Positions 24,494 through 34,827 of a DNA stretch of 64,000 bases are shown here, piece by piece. Below the pieces are notes generated by a model. The model was not told the origin of the DNA. It made no database searches and worked only from the letters and a program-made list of their open reading frames with translations. The DNA comes from Escherichia coli (GTDB lineage Bacteria > Pseudomonadota > Gammaproteobacteria > Enterobacterales > Enterobacteriaceae), in NCBI RefSeq assembly GCF_030384885.1, contig NZ_CP128613.1; one strand, 5' to 3'. Made by a program: the position numbers and the translations under genes. Each line of letters starts with the position of its first letter. The stretch's first letter is position 1.

Positions 24494-26692
24494 ATGTCAG
24501 AATTAAAAATTGCCGTTAGTCGTTCTTGCCCGGATTGTTTTTCCACTCATCGTGCATGCGTGAATATTGACGAAAGTAATTATATTGACGTTGCCGCCAT
24601 TATTTTATCAGTCAATGATGTTGAACGTGGAAAACTCGATGAAATAGACGCTACTGGCTATGGCATTCCTGTTTTTATTGCAACGGAAAATGAAGAACGT
24701 GTACCAGCAGAATATCTGCCACGTATTACTGGTGTCTTCGAGCATTGCGAATCACGGAAAGAATTTTATGGACGTCAGTTAGAAACCGCTGCCAGCCATT
24801 ATGAAACGCAGCTGCGCCCGCCCTTCTTCCGCGCACTGGTCGATTATGTCAATCAGGGCAATAGCGCTTTTGACTGCCCGGGTCATCAGGGGGGTGAGTT
24901 TTTCCGTCGCCATCCGGCAGGCAATCAGTTCGTGGAATATTTTGGCGAAATGCTCTTCCGCTCCGACTTGTGTAATGCCGACGTAGCAATGGGCGATCTA
25001 CTGATTCATGAAGGTGCGCCATGCATTGCACAGCAACATGCGGCTAAAGTGTTTAATGCCGATAAAACGTACTTTATTTTAAACGGCACCTCCTCTTCCA
25101 ACAAAGTGGTTTTAAACGCCCTGCTAACACCGGGTGATCTGGTGCTGTTTGACCGCAATAACCATAAGTCTAACCACCACGGGGCCTTGCTACAGGCTGG
25201 TGCAACACCGGTTTATCTGGAAACAGCACGTAACCCGTATGGTTTTATCGGTGGGATTGATGCGCACTGCTTCGAAGAAAGTTATCTGCGTGAACTGATT
25301 AGAGAAGTTGCACCGCAACGGGCAAAAGAGGCGCGTCCGTTCCGCCTCGCTGTGATTCAGTTAGGCACCTACGACGGTACTATTTATAACGCCCGCCAGG
25401 TGGTGGATAAAATCGGTCATCTGTGTGACTACATCCTGTTTGACTCAGCATGGGTCGGCTATGAACAGTTTATTCCGATGATGGCGGACTGTTCGCCGCT
25501 GCTACTGGAGCTTAATGAGAACGATCCGGGTATTCTGGTTACGCAATCTGTACATAAGCAGCAGGCTGGTTTTTCTCAGACTTCACAAATTCATAAAAAA
25601 GACAGCCATATCAAAGGGCAACAGCGTTATGTACCGCACAAACGCATGAACAACGCCTTTATGATGCACGCCTCCACCAGCCCGTTCTATCCGCTGTTTG
25701 CCGCACTGGATATCAACGCCAAAATGCATGAAGGTGTCAGCGGTCGTAATATGTGGATGGATTGTGTGGTTAACGGTATTAATGCCCGCAAATTGATCCT
25801 CGATAACTGTCAGCACATTCGTCCGTTCGTTCCTGAACTGGTGGATGGTAAACCCTGGCAATCGTATGAAACAGCGCAAATTGCGGTTGATCTGCGCTTC
25901 TTTAAATTTGTACCCGGTGAGCACTGGCATTCTTTTGAAGGTTACGCAGAGAACCAATACTTTGTCGATCCGTGCAAACTGTTGCTGACAACTCCTGGCA
26001 TTGATGCACGTAACGGCGAATATGAAGCATTCGGTGTACCCGCGACGATTCTTGCTAACTTCCTGCGCGAAAATGGCGTAGTGCCGGAAAAATGCGATCT
26101 TAACTCCATCCTCTTCCTGCTGACTCCGGCAGAAGATATGGCCAAACTGCAGCAACTTGTTGCCCTGCTGGTACGCTTCGAAAAACTACTGGAAGCTGAT
26201 GCGCCTCTGGCGGAAGTATTGCCTTCCATCTACAAACAGCATGAAGAGCGCTACGCCGGTTATACCCTGCGTCAGTTGTGCCAGGAAATGCATGATTTGT
26301 ATGCCCGTCACAACGTGAAACAACTGCAAAAAGAGATGTTCCGTAAGGAGCACTTCCCACGCGTCAGCATGAATCCACAAGAAGCCAACTACGCCTATTT
26401 ACGCGGTGAAGTGGAGCTGGTTCGTCTGCCGGATGCAGAAGGCCGTATCGCAGCCGAAGGTGCGCTTCCTTATCCTCCGGGTGTGCTGTGTGTTGTTCCG
26501 GGTGAAATCTGGGGTGGTGCTGTTCTGCGTTACTTCAGCGCTCTGGAAGAAGGGATCAACCTGCTACCAGGTTTTGCACCGGAGCTGCAGGGTGTCTATA
26601 TCGAAGAACATGATGGTCGTAAGCAAGTTTGGTGCTATGTCATCAAGCCTCGTGATGCGCAAAGCACCCTGTTGAAAGGGGAAAAATTATGA
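24494..26692 (+). CDS. speF: Inducible ornithine decarboxylase
   Basis: ORF 24485..26692; start placed at MSELKIAVSRS (732 aa) with SD agaga ~9 nt upstream; PLP-dependent Orn/Lys/Arg decarboxylase family; stop overlaps potE start. Confidence 0.9.
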   Translation: MSELKIAVSRSCPDCFSTHRACVNIDESNYIDVAAIILSVNDVERGKLDEIDATGYGIPVFIATENEERVPAEYLPRITGVFEHCESRKEFYGRQLETAASHYETQLRPPFFRALVDYVNQGNSAFDCPGHQGGEFFRRHPAGNQFVEYFGEMLFRSDLCNADVAMGDLLIHEGAPCIAQQHAAKVFNADKTYFILNGTSSSNKVVLNALLTPGDLVLFDRNNHKSNHHGALLQAGATPVYLETARNPYGFIGGIDAHCFEESYLRELIREVAPQRAKEARPFRLAVIQLGTYDGTIYNARQVVDKIGHLCDYILFDSAWVGYEQFIPMMADCSPLLLELNENDPGILVTQSVHKQQAGFSQTSQIHKKDSHIKGQQRYVPHKRMNNAFMMHASTSPFYPLFAALDINAKMHEGVSGRNMWMDCVVNGINARKLILDNCQHIRPFVPELVDGKPWQSYETAQIAVDLRFFKFVPGEHWHSFEGYAENQYFVDPCKLLLTTPGIDARNGEYEAFGVPATILANFLRENGVVPEKCDLNSILFLLTPAEDMAKLQQLVALLVRFEKLLEADAPLAEVLPSIYKQHEERYAGYTLRQLCQEMHDLYARHNVKQLQKEMFRKEHFPRVSMNPQEANYAYLRGEVELVRLPDAEGRIAAEGALPYPPGVLCVVPGEIWGGAVLRYFSALEEGINLLPGFAPELQGVYIEEHDGRKQVWCYVIKPRDAQSTLLKGEKL

Positions 26693-28008
26693 GTCAGGCT
26701 AAATCGAACAAAATGGGCGTCGTTCAGTTAACCATACTGACGATGGTCAACATGATGGGCTCCGGCATCATCATGCTGCCGACAAAGCTTGCCGAAGTTG
26801 GGACGATCTCAATAATCTCCTGGTTGGTGACAGCCGTAGGCTCAATGGCGCTGGCATGGGCATTCGCAAAATGCGGTATGTTCAGCCGTAAATCAGGCGG
26901 TATGGGCGGTTATGCCGAGTATGCTTTCGGTAAATCCGGTAACTTTATGGCGAACTATACCTACGGCGTCTCGCTGCTGATTGCTAACGTGGCGATTGCT
27001 ATTTCGGCAGTTGGTTACGGCACCGAACTGCTCGGCGCGAGTTTGTCACCAGTGCAGATTGGTCTGGCAACCATCGGAGTGCTGTGGATTTGTACCGTGG
27101 CTAACTTTGGTGGTGCGCGCATTACCGGGCAAATCAGTAGCATTACCGTGTGGGGGGTCATTATTCCGGTGGTAGGCCTGTGCGTTATCGGCTGGTTCTG
27201 GTTTAGCCCGACACTTTACGTTGATTCCTGGAATCCGCATCATGCACCGTTCTTCAGTGCGGTAGGTTCTTCCATCGCCATGACGCTGTGGGCTTTTCTT
27301 GGTCTGGAGTCTGCGTGTGCGAATACTGATGTAGTGGAAAACCCGGAACGTAATGTGCCAATCGCGGTACTCGGCGGTACGTTAGGTGCGGCGGTGATTT
27401 ATATCGTCTCCACCAACGTGATTGCCGGGATTGTGCCCAATATGGAGCTGGCAAATTCAACGGCACCATTTGGTCTGGCCTTCGCGCAAATGTTCACACC
27501 GGAAGTGGGTAAAGTCATTATGGCGCTGATGGTGATGTCCTGCTGCGGTTCACTGCTTGGCTGGCAGTTCACCATTGCCCAGGTGTTTAAATCTTCATCT
27601 GATGAAGGCTACTTCCCTAAAATTTTCTCCCGTGTAACCAAAGTGGATGCACCGGTTCAGGGGATGTTGACCATTGTGATTATTCAGAGTGGATTGGCAC
27701 TGATGACCATTAGCCCGTCACTGAACAGCCAGTTCAACGTGCTGGTTAACCTGGCCGTGGTGACCAATATCATTCCGTATATCCTGTCGATGGCGGCATT
27801 AGTCATTATTCAGAAGGTCGCCAATGTGCCACCATCAAAAGCGAAAGTAGCAAACTTTGTTGCCTTTGTTGGTGCGATGTACAGTTTCTATGCGCTGTAC
27901 TCATCCGGGGAAGAAGCCATGCTGTACGGTTCCATCGTGACTTTCCTTGGTTGGACACTGTATGGTCTGGTATCACCACGCTTTGAACTGAAAAACAAAC
28001 ACGGTTAA
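26689..28008 (+). CDS. potE: Putrescine:ornithine antiporter
   Basis: 439-aa APC-family membrane ORF overlapping speF stop (ATGA). Confidence 0.9.
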   Translation: MSQAKSNKMGVVQLTILTMVNMMGSGIIMLPTKLAEVGTISIISWLVTAVGSMALAWAFAKCGMFSRKSGGMGGYAEYAFGKSGNFMANYTYGVSLLIANVAIAISAVGYGTELLGASLSPVQIGLATIGVLWICTVANFGGARITGQISSITVWGVIIPVVGLCVIGWFWFSPTLYVDSWNPHHAPFFSAVGSSIAMTLWAFLGLESACANTDVVENPERNVPIAVLGGTLGAAVIYIVSTNVIAGIVPNMELANSTAPFGLAFAQMFTPEVGKVIMALMVMSCCGSLLGWQFTIAQVFKSSSDEGYFPKIFSRVTKVDAPVQGMLTIVIIQSGLALMTISPSLNSQFNVLVNLAVVTNIIPYILSMAALVIIQKVANVPPSKAKVANFVAFVGAMYSFYALYSSGEEAMLYGSIVTFLGWTLYGLVSPRFELKNKHG

Positions 28009-28023
28009 AAAAGCGAAATAAAA

Positions 28024-28052
28024 AAGGGCGATTGAATGATCGCCCTTTCTGT
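28024..28052 (+). terminator. Rho-independent terminator of speF-potE
   Basis: gggcgattgaatgatcgccc hairpin followed by T-run, directly after potE stop. Confidence 0.7.
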
Positions 28053-28090
28053 TTGTTGACAAAGAGTTCGTTATTTATGCCGCATCCGGC

Positions 28091-28232
28091 AGGTGTAGGG
28101 TCCAAACGCGGTCGAACACAGCAACTATTTGCGTAATTATATGAGGCATTTGCGACAAAAACTGGAACAGGATCTCGTCCGCCCCGCCATTTCATTACTG
28201 AAACCGGTATTGGGTATCGGTTTATGCTTTGA
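28091..28232 (+). pseudogene. Degenerate duplicate of the kdpE 3' end (kdpE-homolog remnant)
   Basis: ~142 bp roughly 90% identical by eye to 23663..23804 (the last ~47 codons of kdpE), same orientation, frame broken; likely equivalent to the K-12 kdpE-like pseudogene remnant (name uncertain). Confidence 0.75.
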
Positions 28233-28355
28233 AAAAAGTGGCAATGTATGGATAAAGTCATTTTTTATTCAAATATAAGGAACTTAATATTTAAAAAATG
28301 TCCCATACAATGCCTCATCATAAATGACACCGTAGCACACAAGGAGCAAGTAGCG

Positions 28356-29006
28356 ATGCGTGAAGTGAGTCAGTTAGTAAATACGGAAGATTCAGCCTGG
28401 CCAATAATCCAGAATTGGTTAAAAGAAGCCACAAACCATGCCGAACTCTTACCGGTTAATAAAGATTTAGCCGAAACCGCACTTTATCAATTACAGGTTA
28501 CAACAAAATCACCGATGGGTGCGCTTGTCTATGGCTCCGGAGGTCTGCTGATTGATAACGGTTGGTTACGCATAGCAGGCTCTGGTCACCCCCGGTTACC
28601 ACGAGATCCAGCAAGTTGGACACAACGCCCTGAATTCGCAAGCGTGCGGGCTTTACCCATCGCCGATGATGTCGCAGGGGGAATTTTTGCTCTTAATGGT
28701 GGCGATCTTGGGGAAGATACTGGCTGCGTTTATTATTTTGCGCCAGATACGCTGAATTGGGAAAGTCTGGAGGTTGGATATTCTGAGTTTCTTCAGTGGG
28801 CATTATCCGGTGATTTAGATACCTTCTATGAAAATGTACGCTGGCCGCAATGGCAAGAAGACGTAATAAAATTATCGGCAACGGAAGCCTTCACTTTCTA
28901 CCCTTTCTTATGGGTACAAAGTGAAGAAGCAAGAACAAGAAAAGTTATTTCGCTTACTGAACTCTGGGAAATGCAGTATCAAATGAAAGAAACAATCACG
29001 CAATAA
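28356..29006 (+). CDS. ybfG: DUF2625-family protein
   Basis: ORF 28248..29006; start at ATG 28356 preceded by strong SD aaggag (spacing ~9); appears intact here. Confidence 0.7.
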   Translation: MREVSQLVNTEDSAWPIIQNWLKEATNHAELLPVNKDLAETALYQLQVTTKSPMGALVYGSGGLLIDNGWLRIAGSGHPRLPRDPASWTQRPEFASVRALPIADDVAGGIFALNGGDLGEDTGCVYYFAPDTLNWESLEVGYSEFLQWALSGDLDTFYENVRWPQWQEDVIKLSATEAFTFYPFLWVQSEEARTRKVISLTELWEMQYQMKETITQ

Positions 29007-29046
29007 GACATGTTCAGGTCCGGGTTTCATTCCCGGACTCGCTATT

Positions 29047-29541
29047 TTAATGTGTGTTTATCGCTTTCAATTCTTGCTGGCAATTTTCTGACTGACAGCG
29101 TCGCAACTCAATAATCCCGACATGCATCATCGAGCCAAAAAATCCGCTTTCGCTGACATAATCCTCATTAACTATCGGTCGAGTGCCGGGCTTACCCTGG
29201 CAAATCCTCATAAAAAATGAGGTGTAGCATTGCCATTCAGGATTTAAACCGGTCTTTTCTTGTGCTGACATATCATGAAGATAAGTAAGTTCTTTTTCGT
29301 TCCCGCCTGACAACTGCCAGCGGCGGGTATTATCAGGTAAGTTATCGCCACGGCAATTTGTCTTACACCGGGAAGGCGCAATATTTACCGCAATGCTACC
29401 CGTTAATCCTCTGGTTTTATCTTTAGGGGTCAGTAACCAGTCACCAGCTAATGATGATTGTTCAGGTTGGGCGCATGCTGTCAGTAGTAGTGTGGCGGTA
29501 ATTAATGCCACTCTGACGACCAGACTCCTTTTGGTCTTCAT
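29047..29541 (-). CDS. ybfP: Lipoprotein
   Basis: ORF 29047..29592; start at MKTKRSLVV... with lipobox LLTAC (164 aa). Confidence 0.75.
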   Translation of the reverse strand: MKTKRSLVVRVALITATLLLTACAQPEQSSLAGDWLLTPKDKTRGLTGSIAVNIAPSRCKTNCRGDNLPDNTRRWQLSGGNEKELTYLHDMSAQEKTGLNPEWQCYTSFFMRICQGKPGTRPIVNEDYVSESGFFGSMMHVGIIELRRCQSENCQQELKAINTH

Positions 29542-29582
29542 TTTGAATTCCCTTGAGCTATTCAGTTTGTTGGCAAAGTGCT

Positions 29583-29690
29583 CGTTGTTCATGCCGGATG
29601 CGGCGTGAACGCCTTATCCGGCCTACAAAATAGGGCAAATTCAATATATTGCACCATCTTCCCAAGCCTGATAAGCGTAGCGCATCAGGC
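29583..29690. repeat. REP/BIME element pair with RIP-like linker
   Basis: gccggatgcggcgtgaacgccttatccggcctacaaaa...caaattcaatatat...gcctgataagcgtagcgcatcaggc; same architecture as 37010..37100. Confidence 0.75.
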
Positions 29691-29700
29691 AGTCATAAGT

Positions 29701-29735
29701 AAAAAAGGGCGATCTTCTGACCGCCCTTTTTCTTA
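29701..29735. terminator. Bidirectional hairpin terminator downstream of pgm
   Basis: aaaaaagggcg...cgcccttttt: GC stem with A-run and T-run on either side. Confidence 0.65.
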
Positions 29736-29745
29736 TTAAATGTGT

Positions 29746-31386
29746 TTACGCGTTTTTCAGAACTTCGCTAACAATCTCAACCGCTTCTTTCTCGATCTGC
29801 TTGCGATGTTCTTCACCGAGGAAGCTTTCGCAGTAGATTTTGTATGCGTCTTCCGTGCCTGACGGACGCGCGGCGAACCAGCCGTTGTCAGTCATCACTT
29901 TCAGACCGCCAATAGAAGCACCGTTGCCCGGTGCCGCCGTCAGGCGCGCGGTGATCGGGTCACCTGCCAGGGTGCTGGCGCTCACCATTTCCGGAGACAG
30001 CTTAGACAGCGCCGCTTTTTGTGCGGAAGTCGCAGCTGCCTGCAAACGGTTATAGCTCGGCGCACCAAAGCGTTTTGCCAGTTCGTTGTAGTGTTCCTGC
30101 GGGTTCTTACCGGTGACCGCGGTGATTTCTGCCGCCAGCAGACACATAATGATACCGTCTTTATCGGTGGACCACGGCGTGCCGTCGAAACGCAGGAAGG
30201 AAGCCCCTGCGCTCTCTTCGCCGCCAAAGCCGAAGCTGCCGTCGAACAGACCATCAACAAACCATTTGAAGCCTACCGGGACTTCTACCAGCTTACGGCC
30301 CAAATCATTGACCACACGGTCGATCATCGCAGATGAAACCAGCGTTTTACCGACAGCAACATCTTTGCCCCACTGCGGACGATGCTGGAACAGGTAGTTG
30401 ATCGCCACCGCCAGGTAGTGGTTCGGATTCATCAAACCTGCCGGAGTGACGATACCGTGACGGTCATAATCCGGGTCGTTAGCAAACGCCAGATCGAACT
30501 TATCACGCAGTGCCAGCAGACCCGCCATCGCACACTCGGAGGAGCAGTCCATACGGATCGCGCCGTCTTTATCGAGGTGCATAAAGCGGAAGGTTTGATC
30601 GACCTGATCGTTAACGATGGTCAGGTTGAGGTTGTAATACTCGCCAATGCGCTTCCAGTATTCAATACCGGAACCGCCCAGCGGATCAACGCCCAGCGTC
30701 AGGCCCGCTTTCTGAATCGCCGCCATATCAACGATATCGGCCAGACCTTCCACAAACGGCTGCACCAGATCCTGCTCTTTCACATGACCGGATGCCATCG
30801 CTTCGTCGAGGGAGATACGCTTCACACCTTTCAGGCCATCGGCCATCAGTGCGTTGGCCCTGTCTTCCACCACTTTGGTGACGTTGGTATCAGCCGGGCC
30901 ACCATTTGGCGGATTGTACTTGATACCACCATCTTCTGGCGGGTTATGGGACGGTGTAATCACGATACCGTCTGCCAGCGGGCCACCTTTTTTATTGTGA
31001 ACCAGGATGGCATTGGAAACGGCAGGCGTCGGAGTGAAGCCATTGTTTTCCTGCACAATAACATCTACGCCGTTCGCTGCCAGCACTTCCAGTACGGAAA
31101 TGAACGCAGGCTCGGACAGGGCGTGAGTATCTTTACCCACATAGCAAGGGCCAGTGATGCCGTTTTTCGCACGTTCTTCAGCAATTGCCTGAGCGATCGC
31201 CAGAATATGCGGCTCGTTAAAGCTGCGGCGCGCTGCACTGCCACGGTGACCGGAAGTACCGAATTTCACCGCGTGCTCCGCATTCCCTGCTTCTGGTTTC
31301 AGTACATAATATTGCGCCGTCAGTTGGGCGACGTTAATCAAATCACTCTGTTGTGCAGGTTGGCCTGCACGATTGTGGATTGCCAT
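29746..31386 (-). CDS. pgm: Phosphoglucomutase
   Basis: ORF 29746..31437; start at [12 protein letters not shown] (546 aa); phosphoserine loop TPSHNP present. Confidence 0.95.
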   Translation of the reverse strand: MAIHNRAGQPAQQSDLINVAQLTAQYYVLKPEAGNAEHAVKFGTSGHRGSAARRSFNEPHILAIAQAIAEERAKNGITGPCYVGKDTHALSEPAFISVLEVLAANGVDVIVQENNGFTPTPAVSNAILVHNKKGGPLADGIVITPSHNPPEDGGIKYNPPNGGPADTNVTKVVEDRANALMADGLKGVKRISLDEAMASGHVKEQDLVQPFVEGLADIVDMAAIQKAGLTLGVDPLGGSGIEYWKRIGEYYNLNLTIVNDQVDQTFRFMHLDKDGAIRMDCSSECAMAGLLALRDKFDLAFANDPDYDRHGIVTPAGLMNPNHYLAVAINYLFQHRPQWGKDVAVGKTLVSSAMIDRVVNDLGRKLVEVPVGFKWFVDGLFDGSFGFGGEESAGASFLRFDGTPWSTDKDGIIMCLLAAEITAVTGKNPQEHYNELAKRFGAPSYNRLQAAATSAQKAALSKLSPEMVSASTLAGDPITARLTAAPGNGASIGGLKVMTDNGWFAARPSGTEDAYKIYCESFLGEEHRKQIEKEAVEIVSEVLKNA

Positions 31387-31411
31387 TGCTTTGTCCTTTG
31401 TCTGCAACGTT

Positions 31412-31957
31412 TTAGATAGTTCCGCAAACCTTCTCAATCAATTCCGCCGGGAATTGCATCGACTGCATGATGTGTTCGATCATGCTGCATTTACGGCCGG
31501 TGTTGGTGTTGGTGATCACCCAATACGGCGTGCCTGGCACATGTTTCGGCTTGGTCTGATTACCATTTTTCAGCAGCGTTTGTTCATCTGCTGCAAAGTA
31601 AACGCGTGTACGACCGTGCAACGATTCCGTGGCCTCGGCAAACGCCTGGGCGTCAAGAGAATATAGTGTAGACAACAGCAGCATGAAGCGATTGACCGCT
31701 CGCTTTTGCTCTGCGTATTCGTCTGAAAGCAAAAGTTCACGCATTGCGCGAACCTTGTCTTTAATCGTTTTGACCGGCTTCGCTTCGACGATAGCAGGTG
31801 ACGCAACGCGAACCTCTTTCGTCACCGGAGCAGCAGGCTGTGATGCGGCGGAAAATTTCAACATACGCCGTAAAATGTCGGATGCGCTCTCGCCGATATG
31901 CTTAGTGTGGCTGGCAATATAGCTGTAGAGTTCATCATCAACTTCAATCGTTTTCAT
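31412..31957 (-). CDS. seqA: Negative modulator of replication initiation SeqA
   Basis: ORF 31412..32035; start at [18 protein letters not shown] (181 aa). Confidence 0.9.
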
Positions 31958-32141
31958 CTTAATCCAGTGCAGTGTCTTAGCTGAATACAAGTCGCCAGGA
32001 GTATATGAATAAATCCCGGCAGCGGATAGCGTCAAGCCTGGCTTGCAGAAAAACTCGGATTAAACCTTATTTGTTGCAGCCCTGTGGCACAATGGTCAAC
32101 ATAATACCCTAACCCGACAACGCGAAAAAAAGAACTTTGCC

Positions 32142-32906
32142 ATGAAATTGAATATCCGCGCGCAAACTGCACAAAACCAGCACAATAATTCTCCCATCGT
32201 TCTTGTCCATGGTCTGTTTGGCAGCCTCGACAACCTTGGCGTACTGGCTCGCGATCTGGTAAACGATCACAATATCATCCAGGTTGATATGCGTAACCAC
32301 GGTCTTTCACCGAGAGATCCGGTGATGAATTACCCGGCGATGGCGCAGGATCTTGTTGATACCCTGGATGCACTGCAGATCGATAAGGCAACATTTATTG
32401 GACACTCAATGGGCGGTAAAGCGGTGATGGCACTGACTGCACTGGCCCCCGATCGCATCGATAAACTGGTGGCGATTGATATTGCGCCGGTCGACTATCA
32501 CGTACGCCGTCATGATGAGATTTTCGCGGCCATCAACGCAGTCAGTGAATCAGACGCACAAACACGCCAGCAAGCAGCGGCAATAATGCGCCAGCATCTT
32601 AATGAAGAAGGGGTGATTCAGTTTCTGTTGAAATCTTTTGTTGACGGGGAGTGGCGCTTTAACGTGCCAGTATTGTGGGATCAGTATCCGCATATTGTGG
32701 GGTGGGAGAAAATCCCGGCATGGGATCACCCTGCCCTGTTTATCCCTGGCGGCAATTCTCCGTATGTTAGCGAGCAGTATCGTGATGATTTACTAACACA
32801 ATTTCCACAGGCACGGGCGCATGTGATTGCAGGCGCGGGTCACTGGGTCCATGCTGAAAAACCGGATGCGGTACTACGCGCCATCCGTCGCTATCTCAAT
32901 GATTAA
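32142..32906 (+). CDS. ybfF: Alpha/beta-hydrolase esterase
   Basis: 254-aa ORF with GHSMGG nucleophile elbow. Confidence 0.85.
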   Translation: MKLNIRAQTAQNQHNNSPIVLVHGLFGSLDNLGVLARDLVNDHNIIQVDMRNHGLSPRDPVMNYPAMAQDLVDTLDALQIDKATFIGHSMGGKAVMALTALAPDRIDKLVAIDIAPVDYHVRRHDEIFAAINAVSESDAQTRQQAAAIMRQHLNEEGVIQFLLKSFVDGEWRFNVPVLWDQYPHIVGWEKIPAWDHPALFIPGGNSPYVSEQYRDDLLTQFPQARAHVIAGAGHWVHAEKPDAVLRAIRRYLND

Positions 32907-32909
32907 CGT

Positions 32910-32929
32910 AACTGATTAAAAACCCAGCG
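32910..32929. promoter_or_regulatory. Candidate LexA (SOS) box upstream of ybfE
   Basis: aaCTGattaaaaaccCAGcg = CTG-N10-CAG with AT-rich spacer; ybfE is reported as LexA-regulated. Confidence 0.45.
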
Positions 32930-33045
32930 TCCGCGTCGCTTTCCGCGCGTGGGCGTTGGCGTGACTCATCGCGCTGATGTATTATGGCGCGCTATCCATC
33001 CGGGCAGAGGCCTGGCTGATTGTTTCCCCCGAAGTCACCAAGATC

Positions 33046-33339
33046 ATGGCCAAAGAACAAACGGACCGTACGACATTAGATCTGTTCGCGCACGAGCGTC
33101 GACCGGGACGACCGAAAACTAATCCGCTTTCGCGCGATGAACAGCTGCGTATTAATAAACGCAACCAGCTAAAACGCGACAAAGTACGTGGCCTTAAGCG
33201 TGTCGAACTGAAGCTGAACGCGGAAGCTGTCGAGGCGCTGAACGAGCTGGCGGAATCGCGCAATATGAGCCGTAGCGAACTGATCGAAGAGATGTTAATG
33301 CAGCAACTGGCGGCGCTGCGTAGTCAGGGCATCGTTTAA
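33046..33339 (+). CDS. ybfE: CopG-family putative DNA-binding protein (SOS-regulated)
   Basis: ORF 32977..33339; start at [14 protein letters not shown] (97 aa). Confidence 0.75.
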   Translation: MAKEQTDRTTLDLFAHERRPGRPKTNPLSRDEQLRINKRNQLKRDKVRGLKRVELKLNAEAVEALNELAESRNMSRSELIEEMLMQQLAALRSQGIV

Positions 33340-33478
33340 ATTTCCACTTTCATGTAGCACAGTGTGCAGTCCTGCTCGTTTGCTGATTCCGCAAGACTGC
33401 CTGTTCTGCTATGATTGCCTTTATCCGTGGGCAATTTTCCACCCCCATTTCAATAAGTTTCAAGAGGTTATTTCACTC

Positions 33479-34009
33479 ATGGCTATCACTGGCATCTTTT
33501 TCGGCAGCGACACCGGTAATACCGAAAATATCGCAAAAATGATTCAAAAACAGCTTGGTAAAGACGTTGCCGATGTCCATGACATTGCAAAAAGCAGCAA
33601 AGAAGATCTGGAAGCATATGACATTCTGCTGCTGGGCATCCCAACCTGGTATTACGGCGAAGCGCAGTGTGACTGGGATGACTTCTTCCCGACTCTCGAA
33701 GAGATTGATTTCAATGGCAAACTGGTTGCGCTGTTTGGTTGTGGCGACCAGGAAGATTACGCTGAATACTTCTGTGACGCATTGGGCACCATCCGCGACA
33801 TCATTGAACCGCGCGGCGCAACTATCGTTGGTCACTGGCCAACTGCGGGCTACCACTTCGAAGCGTCAAAAGGTCTGGCAGATGACGACCACTTTGTCGG
33901 ACTGGCTATCGACGAAGATCGTCAGCCGGAACTGACCGCTGAACGTGTAGAAAAATGGGTTAAACAGATTTCTGAAGAATTGCATCTCGACGAAATTCTC
34001 AATGCCTGA
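33479..34009 (+). CDS. fldA: Flavodoxin 1
   Basis: ORF 33362..34009; start at [22 protein letters not shown] (176 aa), classic long-chain flavodoxin FMN-binding loop. Confidence 0.95.
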
Positions 34010-34214
34010 TGTGATGCGGCGTAGACTCATGTCTACGCCGTATTAATAGATAATGCCAATCAAAATAATTGCTACAAATTTGTAACTTTTGCTGTTGTAC
34101 CTGTACAATGTCCCGGTGTTCAAGTGGCCTTGCCGTTGTAAATGTAAGCTGTGCCACGTTTTTATTAACAATATTTGCCAGGGACTTGTGGTTTTCATTT
34201 AGGCGTGGCAATTC

Positions 34215-34233
34215 TATAATGATACGCATTATC
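34215..34233. promoter_or_regulatory. Fur box overlapping fur/uof promoter (autoregulation)
   Basis: tataatgatacgcattatc matches the 19-bp Fur consensus GATAATGATAATCATTATC at about 16/19 positions. Confidence 0.65.
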
Positions 34234-34305
34234 TCAAGAGCAAATTCTGTCACTTCTCCTAATGAAGTGAACCGCTTAGTAACAGGACAGATTCCGCATG
34301 ACTGA
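34219..34305 (+). CDS. uof: fur upstream leader ORF
   Basis: 28-codon ORF MIRIISRANSVTSPNEVNRLVTGQIPHD whose stop overlaps the fur start; embedded in ORF 34069..34305. Confidence 0.75.
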   Translation: MIRIISRANSVTSPNEVNRLVTGQIPHD

Positions 34306-34744
34306 TAACAATACCGCCCTAAAGAAAGCTGGCCTGAAAGTAACGCTTCCTCGTTTAAAAATCCTGGAAGTTCTTCAGGAGCCGGACAACCATCACGTCA
34401 GTGCGGAAGATTTATACAAACGTCTGATCGATATGGGTGAAGAAATTGGTCTGGCTACGGTATATCGCGTACTGAACCAGTTCGACGACGCTGGTATCGT
34501 CACCCGCCACAATTTTGAAGGCGGTAAATCCGTATTTGAACTGACACAGCAACATCACCACGATCACCTGATCTGCCTCGACTGCGGCAAGGTTATCGAA
34601 TTTAGTGATGATTCCATCGAAGCGCGTCAGCGTGAAATTGCCGCAAAACATGGCATTCGCCTGACTAACCACAGTCTCTATCTTTACGGTCACTGTGCCG
34701 AAGGCGATTGCCGCGAAGATGAGCACGCGCACGAAGGCAAATAA
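34298..34744 (+). CDS. fur: Ferric uptake regulator
   Basis: 148-aa ORF MTDNNTALKKAGLKVTLPRLKILEVL... with C-terminal His/Cys-rich metal site. Confidence 0.95.
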   Translation: MTDNNTALKKAGLKVTLPRLKILEVLQEPDNHHVSAEDLYKRLIDMGEEIGLATVYRVLNQFDDAGIVTRHNFEGGKSVFELTQQHHHDHLICLDCGKVIEFSDDSIEARQREIAAKHGIRLTNHSLYLYGHCAEGDCREDEHAHEGK

Positions 34745-34760
34745 GCCAGCCTGAACGAGA

Positions 34761-34788
34761 AAAGCCAACCTGCGGGTTGGCTTTTTTA
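34761..34788 (+). terminator. Rho-independent terminator of fur
   Basis: aagccaacctgcgggttggctttttt hairpin plus T-run. Confidence 0.7.
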
Positions 34789-34827
34789 TGCAAGGGAAAT
34801 AAGAAAAGCGAGAGTTACAGCTCTCAC

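Noticed and set aside
25583-26155. 190-aa minus-strand ORF inside speF
   Set aside because: Antisense shadow ORF within speF.
30382-31419. 345-aa ORF on the + strand antisense to pgm
   Set aside because: Lies entirely inside the well-supported pgm coding region on the opposite strand; typical shadow ORF of a GC-biased gene with no independent signals.
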